Part shown: positions 37,051 through 46,932 of the stretch, in pieces | How the letters are laid out: every line of letters starts with the position of its first letter | How positions within the stretch are numbered: the stretch's first letter is position 1 | Assembly (NCBI GenBank): GCA_947585595.1 | Contig: CANPXB010000005.1 | Coordinates: 7,483-71,482 of the forward strand | Reading direction: 5' to 3' | DNA: 64,000 nucleotides | Source: an uncultured Bacilli bacterium | Lineage (GTDB): Bacteria; Bacillota_I; Bacilli_A; RF39; UBA660 | Position numbers and translations under genes: made by a program | Notes under the pieces: model-generated | Seen by the model: only the letters and a program-made list of their open reading frames with translations | Databases searched by the model: none | What the model was told of the DNA's origin: nothing

Positions 37051-37685
37051 AGGTAGCAGTATCGTTTTTATCACTTAAAGATGATTTGGAAACAACAATT
37101 AAAAAAATAGATGAATCTAGTGCTGATTATATTCATGTTGATATGATGGATGGAATATTTGTACCTAATACTACTTATACAGTAAGTGATTTAAAGAAAA
37201 TATTTAAGAATACTAATAAGAAGTTAGATGTTCATTTAATGTGTTGTTCACCAAATAAGTATGTTAGAGATTTTACTAAGTTACCTAATGTTGAATATTT
37301 AATTATTCATTATGAATCTCATCGTCGACCAATAGATGTTATTAATATGATTAAACATACTTCAATGAAGGTAGGAATTGCGATCAATCCTGAAACAAAA
37401 GTAAGTCATATTGTACCATTACTTAAATCAGTTGATCAGGTTTTAGTAATGAGTGTTAAACCTGGTAAGGGTGGTCAAGAATTTATGGAAGATATTCTAT
37501 ATAAGATTGAAACACTTAAGGATATAAGAGAAGAGAATAATTATCGTTATATAATCAGTGTCGATGGTGGTATTAACGATAAAACAGCTAAGAAAGCTAA
37601 AGAAGCTGGAGCTGATATGGTTGTTAGTGGTTCTTACGTTGTTAAAGCCGATGATTATGAAAAACAAATAGAAAGTATTAGATAG
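37047..37685 (+). CDS. rpe: Ribulose-phosphate 3-epimerase
   Basis: IHVDMMDGIFVPN, VHLM, SVKPGKGGQEF and VDGGIN motifs. Conserved position after rsgA. Confidence 0.88.
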   Translation: MKVAVSFLSLKDDLETTIKKIDESSADYIHVDMMDGIFVPNTTYTVSDLKKIFKNTNKKLDVHLMCCSPNKYVRDFTKLPNVEYLIIHYESHRRPIDVINMIKHTSMKVGIAINPETKVSHIVPLLKSVDQVLVMSVKPGKGGQEFMEDILYKIETLKDIREENNYRYIISVDGGINDKTAKKAKEAGADMVVSGSYVVKADDYEKQIESIR

Positions 37686-37705
37686 ACACATAACGTGTCT
37701 TTTTT
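37684..37705 (+). terminator. Intrinsic terminator
   Basis: agacac-ataac-gtgtct followed by TTTTT. Confidence 0.75.
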
Positions 37706-37772
37706 AAGTCTAATGATGTTTTTATAAAAAGATAATAGTTGGTTATATGATATAATTTTATTGAGGGATAAT

Positions 37773-38885
37773 ATGAAAGTTAATGATGTCTTAAAAAGAA
37801 TTGAAGATAATGGTTTTGAAGCTTATATAGTTGGTGGTTATGTTAGAGATTATATACTAGGAATAGAAACAAGTGATATAGATATATGTACTAATGCTAG
37901 AGTAAAAGAATTAATAGATATTTTTAGTGATTATAATGTTATTTCTAATGAATATGGTTCAGTTAAAATAGCTAGTAATGATTTAAGAATAGATATTACG
38001 ACTTATCGAAGAGATTTAAAATATAATGGTAATCGAAGAAAAGTAGAAATTGAATATGTTGATAATTTAATAGATGATGTACAAAGAAGAGATTTTACAA
38101 TGAATGCATTATGTATGAATAAAGAAGGTAATATTATTGATGTATTTAATGGGGAAGAAGATATTAAGAATAAAATAATTAGATGTGTAGGAAATATTGA
38201 AGATCGTATTAATGAAGATCCACTTAGAATGCTTAGAGCAGTTAGATTTGCTACTACTTTAGAGTTTAGAATTGAAGAAAATCTATATAAGGGATTAAAG
38301 AAAAATAGAAAGTTGATTAGTCAATTATCAAGAGAAAGAATTAAAGAGGAATTAACAAAGATATTAGTTAGTAAGAATGCTAAAATGGGACTTAAGTTAT
38401 TAAAGGATTTAGGTTTTTTACCATATATAGGAATTGAATATAATGATAATATTGTTTATATTAGCGATATATGTGGAATGTATAGTCAGTTAAATATTAA
38501 AGAAGAACTTCCTTTTTCAAAAGAAGAAAAAGAAAATATAAAAAGTATTAAAAATATTGTAAATTATGGTATGATAGATGAAAATGTTTTATTTAATTAT
38601 GGATTATATTTAGCAATGGTAGCAGGGGAGATACTAGGAATTGATAAGGAATATATTACAGATTTAAATAAGAATTTAGTAATTAGTAGTATTAAGGATA
38701 TTAATATTACTAGTGATGAAATATGTAAGGTTCTTAATATTAAACCTGGTCGTATTATTGGGGAAGTATATGATGATTTAAAAGATGTGATATTAAAAAG
38801 GGAACTAGATAATGATAATAGCTTAATTAAAGATTATATTTTAATTAATCGAAAGAAGTGGTTAAATGAAGGAGCAATTTTATAA
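37773..38885 (+). CDS. cca: CCA-adding tRNA nucleotidyltransferase
   Basis: ATG 37773. GGYVRDYILG..SDIDICT, RRDFTMNAL and EDPLRMLRAVRFA motifs. Confidence 0.85.
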   Translation: MKVNDVLKRIEDNGFEAYIVGGYVRDYILGIETSDIDICTNARVKELIDIFSDYNVISNEYGSVKIASNDLRIDITTYRRDLKYNGNRRKVEIEYVDNLIDDVQRRDFTMNALCMNKEGNIIDVFNGEEDIKNKIIRCVGNIEDRINEDPLRMLRAVRFATTLEFRIEENLYKGLKKNRKLISQLSRERIKEELTKILVSKNAKMGLKLLKDLGFLPYIGIEYNDNIVYISDICGMYSQLNIKEELPFSKEEKENIKSIKNIVNYGMIDENVLFNYGLYLAMVAGEILGIDKEYITDLNKNLVISSIKDINITSDEICKVLNIKPGRIIGEVYDDLKDVILKRELDNDNSLIKDYILINRKKWLNEGAIL

Positions 38886-39525
38886 GGTTTTAACTTCGAA
38901 GAAATTAGTAATTAATGATTATTTAATTAAGGTTTCTTTAGAGAATAAGTTAAGTTTAAATGAGTTTTTAGTTTTAGCTTATTTTGATAATAGTTTTAAT
39001 AAGGTATTTGAAATTGAATTAGTTAGTAATTCTTTAGGATTAAATACTAATGAAGCAATGGAAGCTTTTAATTCATTAATGATGAAGGGTTTAGTTTCTT
39101 TAGAGAGTGTTAAAGATGTTGAGAGTCGATATAATGAAGTGGTTTCTTTAGATGGGGTTTATAAAAGTGTTTTAAAGACAATGAATGATGATGTTAAGAA
39201 GGAAACAGAAACTGATATATTTAGAAGTTTTGAAAGTGAACTTGGAAGAACTATGTCACCTATGGAGTTAGAAATAATTAATGGGTGGTTAGATATTGGT
39301 ATTAATGAAGAAATCATTTTAGGGGCCTTAAGAGAAGCAATTTATAATGGTGTGAGTAATTTTAGGTATATAGATAAAATTATTGATACTTGGTCTAAAA
39401 AGGGCTTTAAAACAATGGATGATGTTAATAATTATTTAAAGAATAGAAAAGAAGAAAAGGGTAAAGATAAAGAGATTAGTAAGAAAGAACAAGAAATATT
39501 AGATTATGATTGGTTGGATGAGTAA
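38866..39525 (+). CDS. dnaD: DnaD-domain replication initiation protein
   Basis: C-terminal DnaD/DnaB-type domain (SPMELEIINGWLD...ILGALREAIYNGVSNFRYIDKIIDTWSKKG). Conserved dnaD-nth neighbourhood. Confidence 0.8.
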   Translation: MKEQFYKVLTSKKLVINDYLIKVSLENKLSLNEFLVLAYFDNSFNKVFEIELVSNSLGLNTNEAMEAFNSLMMKGLVSLESVKDVESRYNEVVSLDGVYKSVLKTMNDDVKKETETDIFRSFESELGRTMSPMELEIINGWLDIGINEEIILGALREAIYNGVSNFRYIDKIIDTWSKKGFKTMDDVNNYLKNRKEEKGKDKEISKKEQEILDYDWLDE

Positions 39526-40148
39526 TGTTAGTAGTTGATTTTAATAAAAAATTAGACATAATGTTTCCTGATGCCAGATGTGAACTTAATTATAATAAAG
39601 ATTATGAATTACTTATAGCCACAGTGTTATCTGCACAATGTACTGATAAAAGAGTTAATGAAGTAACTAAAGTTTTATTTAGTAAATATGATATTAATAG
39701 TTTAGCTAAAGCAGATAAAAAAGATATTGAAGATATTATAAGAAGTTGTGGATCTTATACTAAAAAAGCAGCTTATATTATTGAAATAGCTAAAAGCTTA
39801 GTTAGTAATTATCAGGGAGTAGTTCCTAATAATAGAGAATATTTAGAAAGTTTACCGGGAGTTGGAAGAAAGACAACTAATGTTGTATTATCTAATTTAT
39901 ATGATGTTCCAGCTATTGCGGTTGATACGCATGTTGAAAGAGTTAGTAAAAGACTTAAAATAGCGAAGAATAGCGATGATGTTTTAAAAGTTGAAAAGAA
40001 GTTAATGAAAGCTATTCCTAAAGAGTTATGGAGTAAATCGCATCATCAATTAGTTTTATTTGGAAGATATATTTGTAAAGCTAGAGGACCAGAATGTAGT
40101 AAATGTGCTTTTATTAATGATTGTAATTCAAAGGATAAAAAAAATTAG
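39525..40148 (+). CDS. nth: Endonuclease III
   Basis: HhH-GPD motif LPGVGRKTTNVVL, catalytic DTHV, and the C-terminal 4Fe-4S cluster C-x6-C-x2-C-x5-C (CKARGPECSKCAFINDC). Confidence 0.92.
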   Translation: MLVVDFNKKLDIMFPDARCELNYNKDYELLIATVLSAQCTDKRVNEVTKVLFSKYDINSLAKADKKDIEDIIRSCGSYTKKAAYIIEIAKSLVSNYQGVVPNNREYLESLPGVGRKTTNVVLSNLYDVPAIAVDTHVERVSKRLKIAKNSDDVLKVEKKLMKAIPKELWSKSHHQLVLFGRYICKARGPECSKCAFINDCNSKDKKN

Positions 40149-40177
40149 TTTATTTGATTGATAAACTAATTTTTTTG
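40143..40177. terminator. Bidirectional terminator between nth and ponA
   Basis: 11-bp stem aattagtttat / ataaactaatt flanked by A and T runs. Confidence 0.75.
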
Positions 40178-40179
40178 TT

Positions 40180-42996
40180 TTATTCAATAGGTTCTTCTTC
40201 CTCTTCAGGTTCATCTTCTTCAGTATCAGTAGATTCACTTGGATAATATGGATAACCAGTACCACCAGATACAGTTACTGATAAGTTAAGACCAGTACTC
40301 ATATTACTTTTAAAGATACTATAAGCTGATTTAATAATGAAGGTATAATTACCATCATACGGAACATGATAAGTATAATAGGTATCTGTTGTAAATCCTA
40401 AGTCTTCAACACCATAATCAGTTTGAAGATATATTTCATAACCTAAAGTACCAATATTATTATTGTTATATTCAATTCGTTTAGTTAAGTACTGACTAGC
40501 AAATTTACCGTAGTTAGCATTAAATAAATCTTGTAAGAAAGTATCATCAATAGCATTAGGAGTTCTAATACCATTCCAACTTAGATTTACTTGATAACTA
40601 CTAACATCAATTTGACCATTAGTTGGATTATTTAAGGTATCAAAACGTTCTGATACTTCACTAGGTTCTAAACCTCTTTTAAATATTTCGGTAGATATTA
40701 AACTAGATGGCGTATTAGTTGAAGGTAATTGGGCTGGGAAGGTTTCTAGTTCATATTTACTTGATAAGACAGTTGTAGGTTTAGTAAATTTTGAATTGTT
40801 TTCATAGATGTTATTGGCTAAAGCGCGCATGATTAGTTTTCTTTCAGCAGCTGCACCATTTGATGTTGTATAGTTGTATTTATCAATATTTTTGTGATCA
40901 ATACCAATCCACATTGAGATAACATAATCAGGTGAGTAGGTAATATTGAAGTTATCTTGTGAAGCAGTTAGAGGTATACCTTTGCTCTTTAACCAGTTAT
41001 CATCAAATGTTGCTGTACCTGTTTTAGAAGAAATATCAGTACCTTTAACATCATTGAAGTTACCACCAACACCTTGTTTTGTTGCGGTCATTAAGATATC
41101 GGTAATCATATAGGCAGTTTCAGCACTCATAACTTGAGTCCTTTTATGTTCTGGTTCAATAGTATCACCAGATTCAAGAAGAATAACTTTAGTAAAGGTA
41201 TATGGTTCGATATAGTAACCACCACGAGCGAAGGTACCATAAGCTGCAGCCATATCCATTGGACTTAATTCAAGTCCACCACCTAAAGCATAAGCTTCAA
41301 GTAATAAGCAATCACTACCAGATAAGTTTTGACTCTTTTCTTTTTGTGAACAGTAATTAATATGTAAGTTATTAACAAATTCGGCTATTTTATTTTTATC
41401 AACAGCTTGGAAAGCTTGAACTGCGGGAACGTTTCTTGAACGAGCTAGAGCTTGACGCATAGTAATAGCTCCTAAATATTTACCATCAGAGTTAGTTATT
41501 TTAACACCATTAGAATAAGTATATGGTTGATCATAGAAGACAGTACCAGGATTTCCATTGTTGTATTCAATATATGGACCATAAGCAAAGATTGGTTTAG
41601 CAGTAGATCCTGGTTGTTTATCTTTTTGCGTAGCACGGCTACCAATTCTTTCTCCTTTTTCGATTCTACCACCATCAACAGCTCTTACAGAACCATCTTT
41701 AGTATCAGTTATAGCGACACCAATATCTAGGTTGACCATTTTTTTACTATATTGGTTAGCTAGTTTTTCCCAATAATAAACATTATTTTTAGCTTTCTTT
41801 TTCGCAGCATCAATAGCTTCTTGTTTTTGGGAATCAGATAATGAATCATTAGCTTCAATATTAGCTATTTCTTTATCTAGGTTTTGGGTTAGTTTTTTAG
41901 TATAACCTAAACGACTATCATTTAATTTGTTAATAACGTCTTGGATATCACTATCCATGGTTGTATAAACTTTCATTGGAACACTGTATGGATCTAAACC
42001 ATAATCAGAACTTATTTCACTACATACAACATCGATGAATTGTTGATATTCATTATATCCTGAACTACTAGCATCAACGATTAATGATTCAACAGGAATG
42101 TTATTAGCATCTTCAGCTTGTTCTTCAGTTATATAACCATGTTTAACCATTAAGTTTAAAACAGTAGCACGTCTTTGAGTAGCTAATTCAGTACTATAAA
42201 ATGGGTTATAGTAATATGGTGAATTAAAGATACCAGCTAGAATAGAAGCTTCAGCTAAACTCAAATCATTGATTGGTTTACCAAAGTATTTTTGTGCAGC
42301 AGCTTCAACACCATAAGCACCACTACCAAAGTTTTGACGATTAACATAGAATTCAATTATTTGTTCTTTAGTATATTCTTTTTCAATTAAGAAGATAGAA
42401 ATATATATATCATGGAATTTACGAACAATACCTTTGAAGTTTAAGTCAGATTCAATTTCACCGGCTTCATTAACTGAGAAAGTATTTTTGGCAAGCTGCA
42501 TGGTAATAGTTGAAGCACCACCAGCACCTTCTTGACCAGTAAATTGTCCTAATGAAGCTTTAACGAATCTGACTACGTCGAAACCATTATGTTGGAAGAA
42601 TCTAGCATCTTCAGTAGCAACTAAAGCATCAACAAAAACGTTAGGCAAATCATCATAAGTTACTAGTTCTCTTTGCTCAGTACCAACTCTTGCAAATTCG
42701 ACACCATCACGGTTATAGAAAATAGTTGCTTCCTTATTATAGAATTTATCATTATCAAATTTTGGTGCAGTAACAACAATGTATCCACAGAAAAGGATAA
42801 CTAGGACCATGCCAACAATACCAACAAACATGAATAATGAAAGAACAGAGTTCATAACGAAAGATATTCGTTTTTTGTTCTTTTTCTTTTTAGGCATGTC
42901 GATTTTTACAGGTTTATTTTTATTAATACTAACTATTTTTTTCTTACTATTTTTGTTAGTACTTTTATTATTCGAAGTAATTTTTAATATAGCCAT
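40180..42996 (-). CDS. ponA: Bifunctional class A penicillin-binding protein (glycosyltransferase/transpeptidase) with a C-terminal extension
   Basis: N-terminal TM. GT51 motifs (ATEDARFFQHNGFD, GGASTITMQLAKN). Transpeptidase motifs STAKP and KTGT. About 250-aa extra C-terminal domain and an acidic tail. Confidence 0.9.
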   Translation of the reverse strand: MAILKITSNNKSTNKNSKKKIVSINKNKPVKIDMPKKKKNKKRISFVMNSVLSLFMFVGIVGMVLVILFCGYIVVTAPKFDNDKFYNKEATIFYNRDGVEFARVGTEQRELVTYDDLPNVFVDALVATEDARFFQHNGFDVVRFVKASLGQFTGQEGAGGASTITMQLAKNTFSVNEAGEIESDLNFKGIVRKFHDIYISIFLIEKEYTKEQIIEFYVNRQNFGSGAYGVEAAAQKYFGKPINDLSLAEASILAGIFNSPYYYNPFYSTELATQRRATVLNLMVKHGYITEEQAEDANNIPVESLIVDASSSGYNEYQQFIDVVCSEISSDYGLDPYSVPMKVYTTMDSDIQDVINKLNDSRLGYTKKLTQNLDKEIANIEANDSLSDSQKQEAIDAAKKKAKNNVYYWEKLANQYSKKMVNLDIGVAITDTKDGSVRAVDGGRIEKGERIGSRATQKDKQPGSTAKPIFAYGPYIEYNNGNPGTVFYDQPYTYSNGVKITNSDGKYLGAITMRQALARSRNVPAVQAFQAVDKNKIAEFVNNLHINYCSQKEKSQNLSGSDCLLLEAYALGGGLELSPMDMAAAYGTFARGGYYIEPYTFTKVILLESGDTIEPEHKRTQVMSAETAYMITDILMTATKQGVGGNFNDVKGTDISSKTGTATFDDNWLKSKGIPLTASQDNFNITYSPDYVISMWIGIDHKNIDKYNYTTSNGAAAERKLIMRALANNIYENNSKFTKPTTVLSSKYELETFPAQLPSTNTPSSLISTEIFKRGLEPSEVSERFDTLNNPTNGQIDVSSYQVNLSWNGIRTPNAIDDTFLQDLFNANYGKFASQYLTKRIEYNNNNIGTLGYEIYLQTDYGVEDLGFTTDTYYTYHVPYDGNYTFIIKSAYSIFKSNMSTGLNLSVTVSGGTGYPYYPSESTDTEEDEPEEEEEPIE

Positions 42997-42998
42997 TT

Positions 42999-43562
42999 TT
43001 ACTCTCCTTTAAAATATATTTCATCAACAACGGCTAGATAATCTAAAGGTGGTTGATAACCAAGCTTGATAATATGAGCATGTTCTTGAATGTATTTATA
43101 ACTAATGGATTTACGATTACTTGTATCAATATAGTTGATATAGTCTTCACCAGTTAATAGATAAACAATATCATTCATTCTGATGATTAAAAAGACGATA
43201 CCACCATGTTTAATAACATTTCTAATTTGCCAAGTTTGATGTTCATGAATATTCGATAGGGGAAAAGAAGTCTTAATTAAGGTTTCTTTAGCATCAAATT
43301 CAATATATTTACCACGATATAATCCATTATAATCTAGAGTTGATTGCTCTTTAAAATAAGCTTTTTCAATTATTTTTTTATGATTTGTATAAGAAACATC
43401 AACAATACCGATAGGAGTTGGTTTCTTATATATTAGTGCACGATTAGTTCTTAAATAATAATCATTGGATTGATTTAATGAGTTTTCTAAATCCATACCA
43501 CGATTACCATGTGAGATACTTAATTTAGTGAAATTTTTCTTGATATTATTTGGGTATTGCAC
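42999..43562 (-). CDS. recU: Holliday junction resolvase RecU
   Basis: NRGMDLENSLNQSNDYY...DYNGLYRGKYIEFDAKET motifs. Conserved recU-ponA pairing. Confidence 0.88.
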   Translation of the reverse strand: MQYPNNIKKNFTKLSISHGNRGMDLENSLNQSNDYYLRTNRALIYKKPTPIGIVDVSYTNHKKIIEKAYFKEQSTLDYNGLYRGKYIEFDAKETLIKTSFPLSNIHEHQTWQIRNVIKHGGIVFLIIRMNDIVYLLTGEDYINYIDTSNRKSISYKYIQEHAHIIKLGYQPPLDYLAVVDEIYFKGE

Positions 43563-43796
43563 TAAAAATCACCTTACTTAATTATACTATAAAATAAGAA
43601 GAAAATATAGTATCTAAAGAGGAAATTTACATTACATCTTTTTTCTTATTTTGTCTAAGATAATGATAGATAGTTTATGTTTTGTTAAAATGGATGGGAA
43701 AGGAGAAAAATGGGGTGCATGTAGATTATTTTATTCAAGAGATGATTGAGATGATTAATGAGGTCCAAAGGGAGCTTAGAGCCCAAAGTCATCACC

Positions 43797-43826
43797 TTGA
43801 CAAGTAATATGTAAAAGTTTTATAAT
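43797..43826 (+). promoter_or_regulatory. Candidate sigma-A promoter of gpsB
   Basis: TTGACA (43797-43802), 18-nt spacer, TATAAT (43821-43826). Confidence 0.5.
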
Positions 43827-43851
43827 TTAAAGCATAAGAAGGGTGAGTAGT

Positions 43852-44184
43852 ATGGAAAAAATTTCATTAACACCACAAGAAATTTTAGATAAAGAATTTG
43901 AAATTGATGTAAGAGGATATAGACCTCAAGAAGTAGATAAATTTTTAGATTTAGTTATTAATGACTATAATGAATTTATTAAGGAAATAAAAAAATTAAA
44001 TAAAGAAGTAGATTTTTTAAACGATGAAAATTCTAAATTAAAGAATGAATTACGTCGTCTTAAAGCTAATATTGAAGCAGCTGAAGGATCTGCTCAAGGA
44101 AATGGCTCAGTAAGTAATGTTGACCTTCTTAGAAGACTTAGTCAACTTGAAAAAGTTGTCTATGGTAAAAATGAACGTGAATAA
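43852..44184 (+). CDS. gpsB: Cell-cycle protein GpsB (DivIVA-domain)
   Basis: ATG 43852. LTPQEILDKEFEIDVRGYRPQEVDKFLDLVINDY followed by a coiled coil. Lies directly before rnpB, as in Bacillus. Confidence 0.85.
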   Translation: MEKISLTPQEILDKEFEIDVRGYRPQEVDKFLDLVINDYNEFIKEIKKLNKEVDFLNDENSKLKNELRRLKANIEAAEGSAQGNGSVSNVDLLRRLSQLEKVVYGKNERE

Positions 44185-44187
44185 TAG

Positions 44188-44532
44188 ATAATATCTTGAA
44201 GGCAAATGCTATGCTTTGCATAGAGGAAAGTCCAGGCTCACACAATCTGTGATGATTGTAGTGTTTGTGCTAAGGGAATAAATAACCTTAGGTAGTAGTA
44301 ATACTAACGGCTTCGAAATAGTCCTTATGGGATTAGATTAGATATAAAAGTGCCAAAGAGACGAGGCTAGAAAGTAATTTCTAGAGTGGAACGTGGTAAA
44401 CCCCGCAAGTGAGAAACCCAAATTTTGGTAGGGGAGTCTTTACGAGGAAACGAACAAAGTAAAGGACCTTTTAGGTAGATAAATATTTGCCACCCTTTTA
44501 GGGTACAGAACTTGGCTTACTAAGATGTTATT
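44188..44532 (+). ncRNA. rnpB: RNase P RNA (bacterial, type B-like)
   Basis: Universally conserved GAGGAAAGTCCAGGCTC near the 5' end and ACAGAACTTGGCTTA near the 3' end. A P1-like pairing (aatatctt / aagatgtt) brackets the element. The ends are approximate. Confidence 0.85.
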
Positions 44533-44564
44533 TTTATATTCAAAAGCAAAGGAGTGAAAAAATC

Positions 44565-45050
44565 TTGAATGAGATTGGCGAACTGTTAAGAACAACTCGT
44601 GAAAGTTCAGGGGTTAGCTTAGAAGAAGCCAGTGGTGATTTAGAGATTAAGACACTAATTTTAGAAAATATTGAAGATGGAAATATTGGATGTTTTAAAG
44701 ATATCTTTGCCCTTAAGCAAAATATTTATGATTATGCTAAATACTTAGGGTTGGAACCTGATAAAATAATTGATGATTTTAATGAATATTTATTTGAATA
44801 TACATCAAAAATACCACTAGAAGATATCGAAAAAGCAATGAAAGAAAAACAAAAAGATGAAATTGTGAGTGATAAAATTGTTTCACCATATACTAATTCA
44901 ACAAGAAATGTTAATTCCAAAATTATTTTGGCGATAATCATTGCTTTAGGTGTTTTAGTTTTACTGGTTATTTTTTGGTCTGTAAGGCAACTTGCAGCTG
45001 ACAATATGGCAACTAATATGGTTAGTTATGTTGATAGTAGAAATAGATAA
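44565..45050 (+). CDS. RodZ/YmfM-like HTH membrane protein
   Basis: TTG start after AAAGGAGTG. N-terminal XRE-type HTH (IGELLRTTRESSGVSLEEAS) and a C-terminal TM helix. Lies upstream of pgsA, as ymfM does in B. subtilis. Confidence 0.55.
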   Translation: MNEIGELLRTTRESSGVSLEEASGDLEIKTLILENIEDGNIGCFKDIFALKQNIYDYAKYLGLEPDKIIDDFNEYLFEYTSKIPLEDIEKAMKEKQKDEIVSDKIVSPYTNSTRNVNSKIILAIIIALGVLVLLVIFWSVRQLAADNMATNMVSYVDSRNR

Positions 45051-45060
45051 GGTGTAGTTT

Positions 45061-45699
45061 ATGGAAGAAAAAAATAAAAAAGAAAAAAAGGGAATGAATT
45101 TACCTAATAAAATTACTTGTGTTAGATTAGTTATTTCAGTAGTAGTTTTATTATTACTTTGTATACCTTGGGGAGATTTAGGAGTTACTTTTAAAACTTA
45201 CTCAATATATGGAGTAGAAAATGTTAGTCTTCGTTATCTTATTTGCGGTGTTCTATTCTTAATAGGATCTGTTACTGATTTCTTAGATGGATATATTGCA
45301 AGAAAATACAATTTAGTTACTGACTTTGGTAAAGTAATGGATGCCATTGCTGATAAAGTTTTAGTTAATGGAGTATTAATTGTTTTAGCATATGAAGTAC
45401 CAACAATACCTTTAGCAGTACCAGTAATTATTATTACTAGAGATATTATTGTTGATTCAATAAAGATGGCTAGTGGTAATAAGGGTAAAGTAGTAGCTGC
45501 TAGTTGGCCAGGTAAAATTAAAACAATTTGTATGATGATTGGGGTAACATTAACATTCTTTTATAATATACCATTCGCCTTTATTGGTCATGGAATTCAA
45601 TTAGATTCATTATTTATTTATGTTGCCACAATTATGAGCATCATATCTGGTGTTCAATATTATCTAGCAAATAAAGATTTTATCTTTTCCGAAGTATAA
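45061..45699 (+). CDS. pgsA: CDP-diacylglycerol--glycerol-3-phosphate 3-phosphatidyltransferase
   Basis: CDP-alcohol phosphotransferase motif DFLDGYIARKYNLVTDFGKVMDAIADK. Polytopic membrane protein. Confidence 0.9.
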   Translation: MEEKNKKEKKGMNLPNKITCVRLVISVVVLLLLCIPWGDLGVTFKTYSIYGVENVSLRYLICGVLFLIGSVTDFLDGYIARKYNLVTDFGKVMDAIADKVLVNGVLIVLAYEVPTIPLAVPVIIITRDIIVDSIKMASGNKGKVVAASWPGKIKTICMMIGVTLTFFYNIPFAFIGHGIQLDSLFIYVATIMSIISGVQYYLANKDFIFSEV

Positions 45700-45762
45700 A
45701 AAAGAAGAATTTTAAGAGAATTTTACAATAAAATTCTTTTTTTATGGCCAAAAAGTCAAGCA

Positions 45763-45776
45763 AAAACAAATGTTCG
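45763..45776 (+). promoter_or_regulatory. Degenerate LexA (Cheo) box upstream of recA
   Basis: AAAACAAATGTTCG versus the firmicute consensus CGAAC-N4-GTTCG. The right half-site is perfect and the left is degenerate. It sits 10 nt upstream of the -35. Confidence 0.35.
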
Positions 45777-45785
45777 AAAAAAGTG

Positions 45786-45813
45786 TTGACAAATGAATAA
45801 TAAATATTATAAA
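45786..45813 (+). promoter_or_regulatory. Candidate recA promoter
   Basis: TTGACA (45786-45791), 16-nt spacer, TATAAA (45808-45813). Confidence 0.45.
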
Positions 45814-45844
45814 ATTAAGATGTCAGTAACAGTGGGAGGAAATT

Positions 45845-46879
45845 ATGAAAACAGAAAAAGAAACGAAAGATAAAGCTTTAGATCAAGTTTTAGCTGATAT
45901 TGAAAAACAATTTGGTAAAGGGTCAATTATGAAACTTGGTTCTGATGCCCATTTAAATATCGAAACAACTTCATCAGGATCAATTGCCTTAGATGTTGCG
46001 TTAGGTGTTGGTGGATATCCAAAAGGTAGAATTGTTGAAATATATGGACCAGAATCTTCTGGTAAAACAACATTTGCATTACATGCAATAGCTGAAGTCC
46101 AAAAGCGTGGTGGTAGAGCAGCATTTATTGATGCTGAACATGCTTTAGATCCAGTATATGCACAAAATTTAGGAGTTAATTTAGACGAATTATTACTTTC
46201 GCAACCTGATACAGGTGAACAAGCTTTAGATATTTGTGAAGCCTTAGTTAGAAGTGAAATAATTGATTTAGTTGTTATAGATTCAGTAGCAGCTTTAGTA
46301 CCTCAAGCCGAAATTGAGGGTGAGATGGGTGATGCGCATGTTGGTCTTCAAGCAAGATTAATGAGTCAAGCCTTACGTAAGTTATCTGGTACTTTAAATA
46401 AAACGAAAACAACAGCAATATTTATTAATCAATTACGTGAAAAAGTTGGGGTTTTATTTGGTAATCCAGAAACAACTCCAGGTGGTAGAGCTCTTAAGTT
46501 CTATTCAACAATTAGATTAGAAGTTAGAAGAGCAGAACAAATTAAACAAGGAGATAAAGTAATTGGAAATAGAACTTCAATTAAAGTTGTTAAAAATAAA
46601 GTTGCACCTCCTTTTAGAACAGCAATGATTGATATTATGTATGGTGAAGGTGTTTCTAAAGAAGGCGAATTAGTTGATTTAGCGGCAGAGATTGATGTTT
46701 TAGAAAAAAGTGGTGCTTGGTATTCTTATAATGGAGAAAAAATTGGTCAAGGTAAAGAAAATGTTAAATTACTATTAAAAGAAAATCCTGAACTTCGTGA
46801 TGAAATTGAATATAAAGTACGTGAACATTATGGAATATTAAATGATGAACAAAAAGGAAGTTCTAAGAAAGAGGAATAA
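45845..46879 (+). CDS. recA: Recombinase RecA
   Basis: [22 protein letters not shown], Walker [10 protein letters not shown], and [28 protein letters not shown]. Confidence 0.98.
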   Translation: MKTEKETKDKALDQVLADIEKQFGKGSIMKLGSDAHLNIETTSSGSIALDVALGVGGYPKGRIVEIYGPESSGKTTFALHAIAEVQKRGGRAAFIDAEHALDPVYAQNLGVNLDELLLSQPDTGEQALDICEALVRSEIIDLVVIDSVAALVPQAEIEGEMGDAHVGLQARLMSQALRKLSGTLNKTKTTAIFINQLREKVGVLFGNPETTPGGRALKFYSTIRLEVRRAEQIKQGDKVIGNRTSIKVVKNKVAPPFRTAMIDIMYGEGVSKEGELVDLAAEIDVLEKSGAWYSYNGEKIGQGKENVKLLLKENPELRDEIEYKVREHYGILNDEQKGSSKKEE

Positions 46880-46892
46880 TCCTCTTTTTTTT
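46867..46892 (+). terminator. Intrinsic terminator of recA
   Basis: aaagagg-aataat-cctcttt followed by a T run. Confidence 0.75.
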
Positions 46893-46932
46893 ATAAATAG
46901 TTTGTGCTAGAATAACTTCCTAGGTGAAGAAT

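Noticed and set aside
43715-43807. A possible 30-aa ORF (VHVDYFIQEMIEMINEVQRELRAQSHHLDK) with a GGAG RBS and GTG start upstream of gpsB. An overlapping 19-aa ATG ORF is also present.
   Set aside because: It is too short to evaluate, there are two competing frames, and its 3' end overlaps the predicted gpsB promoter. It was kept out of the feature list.
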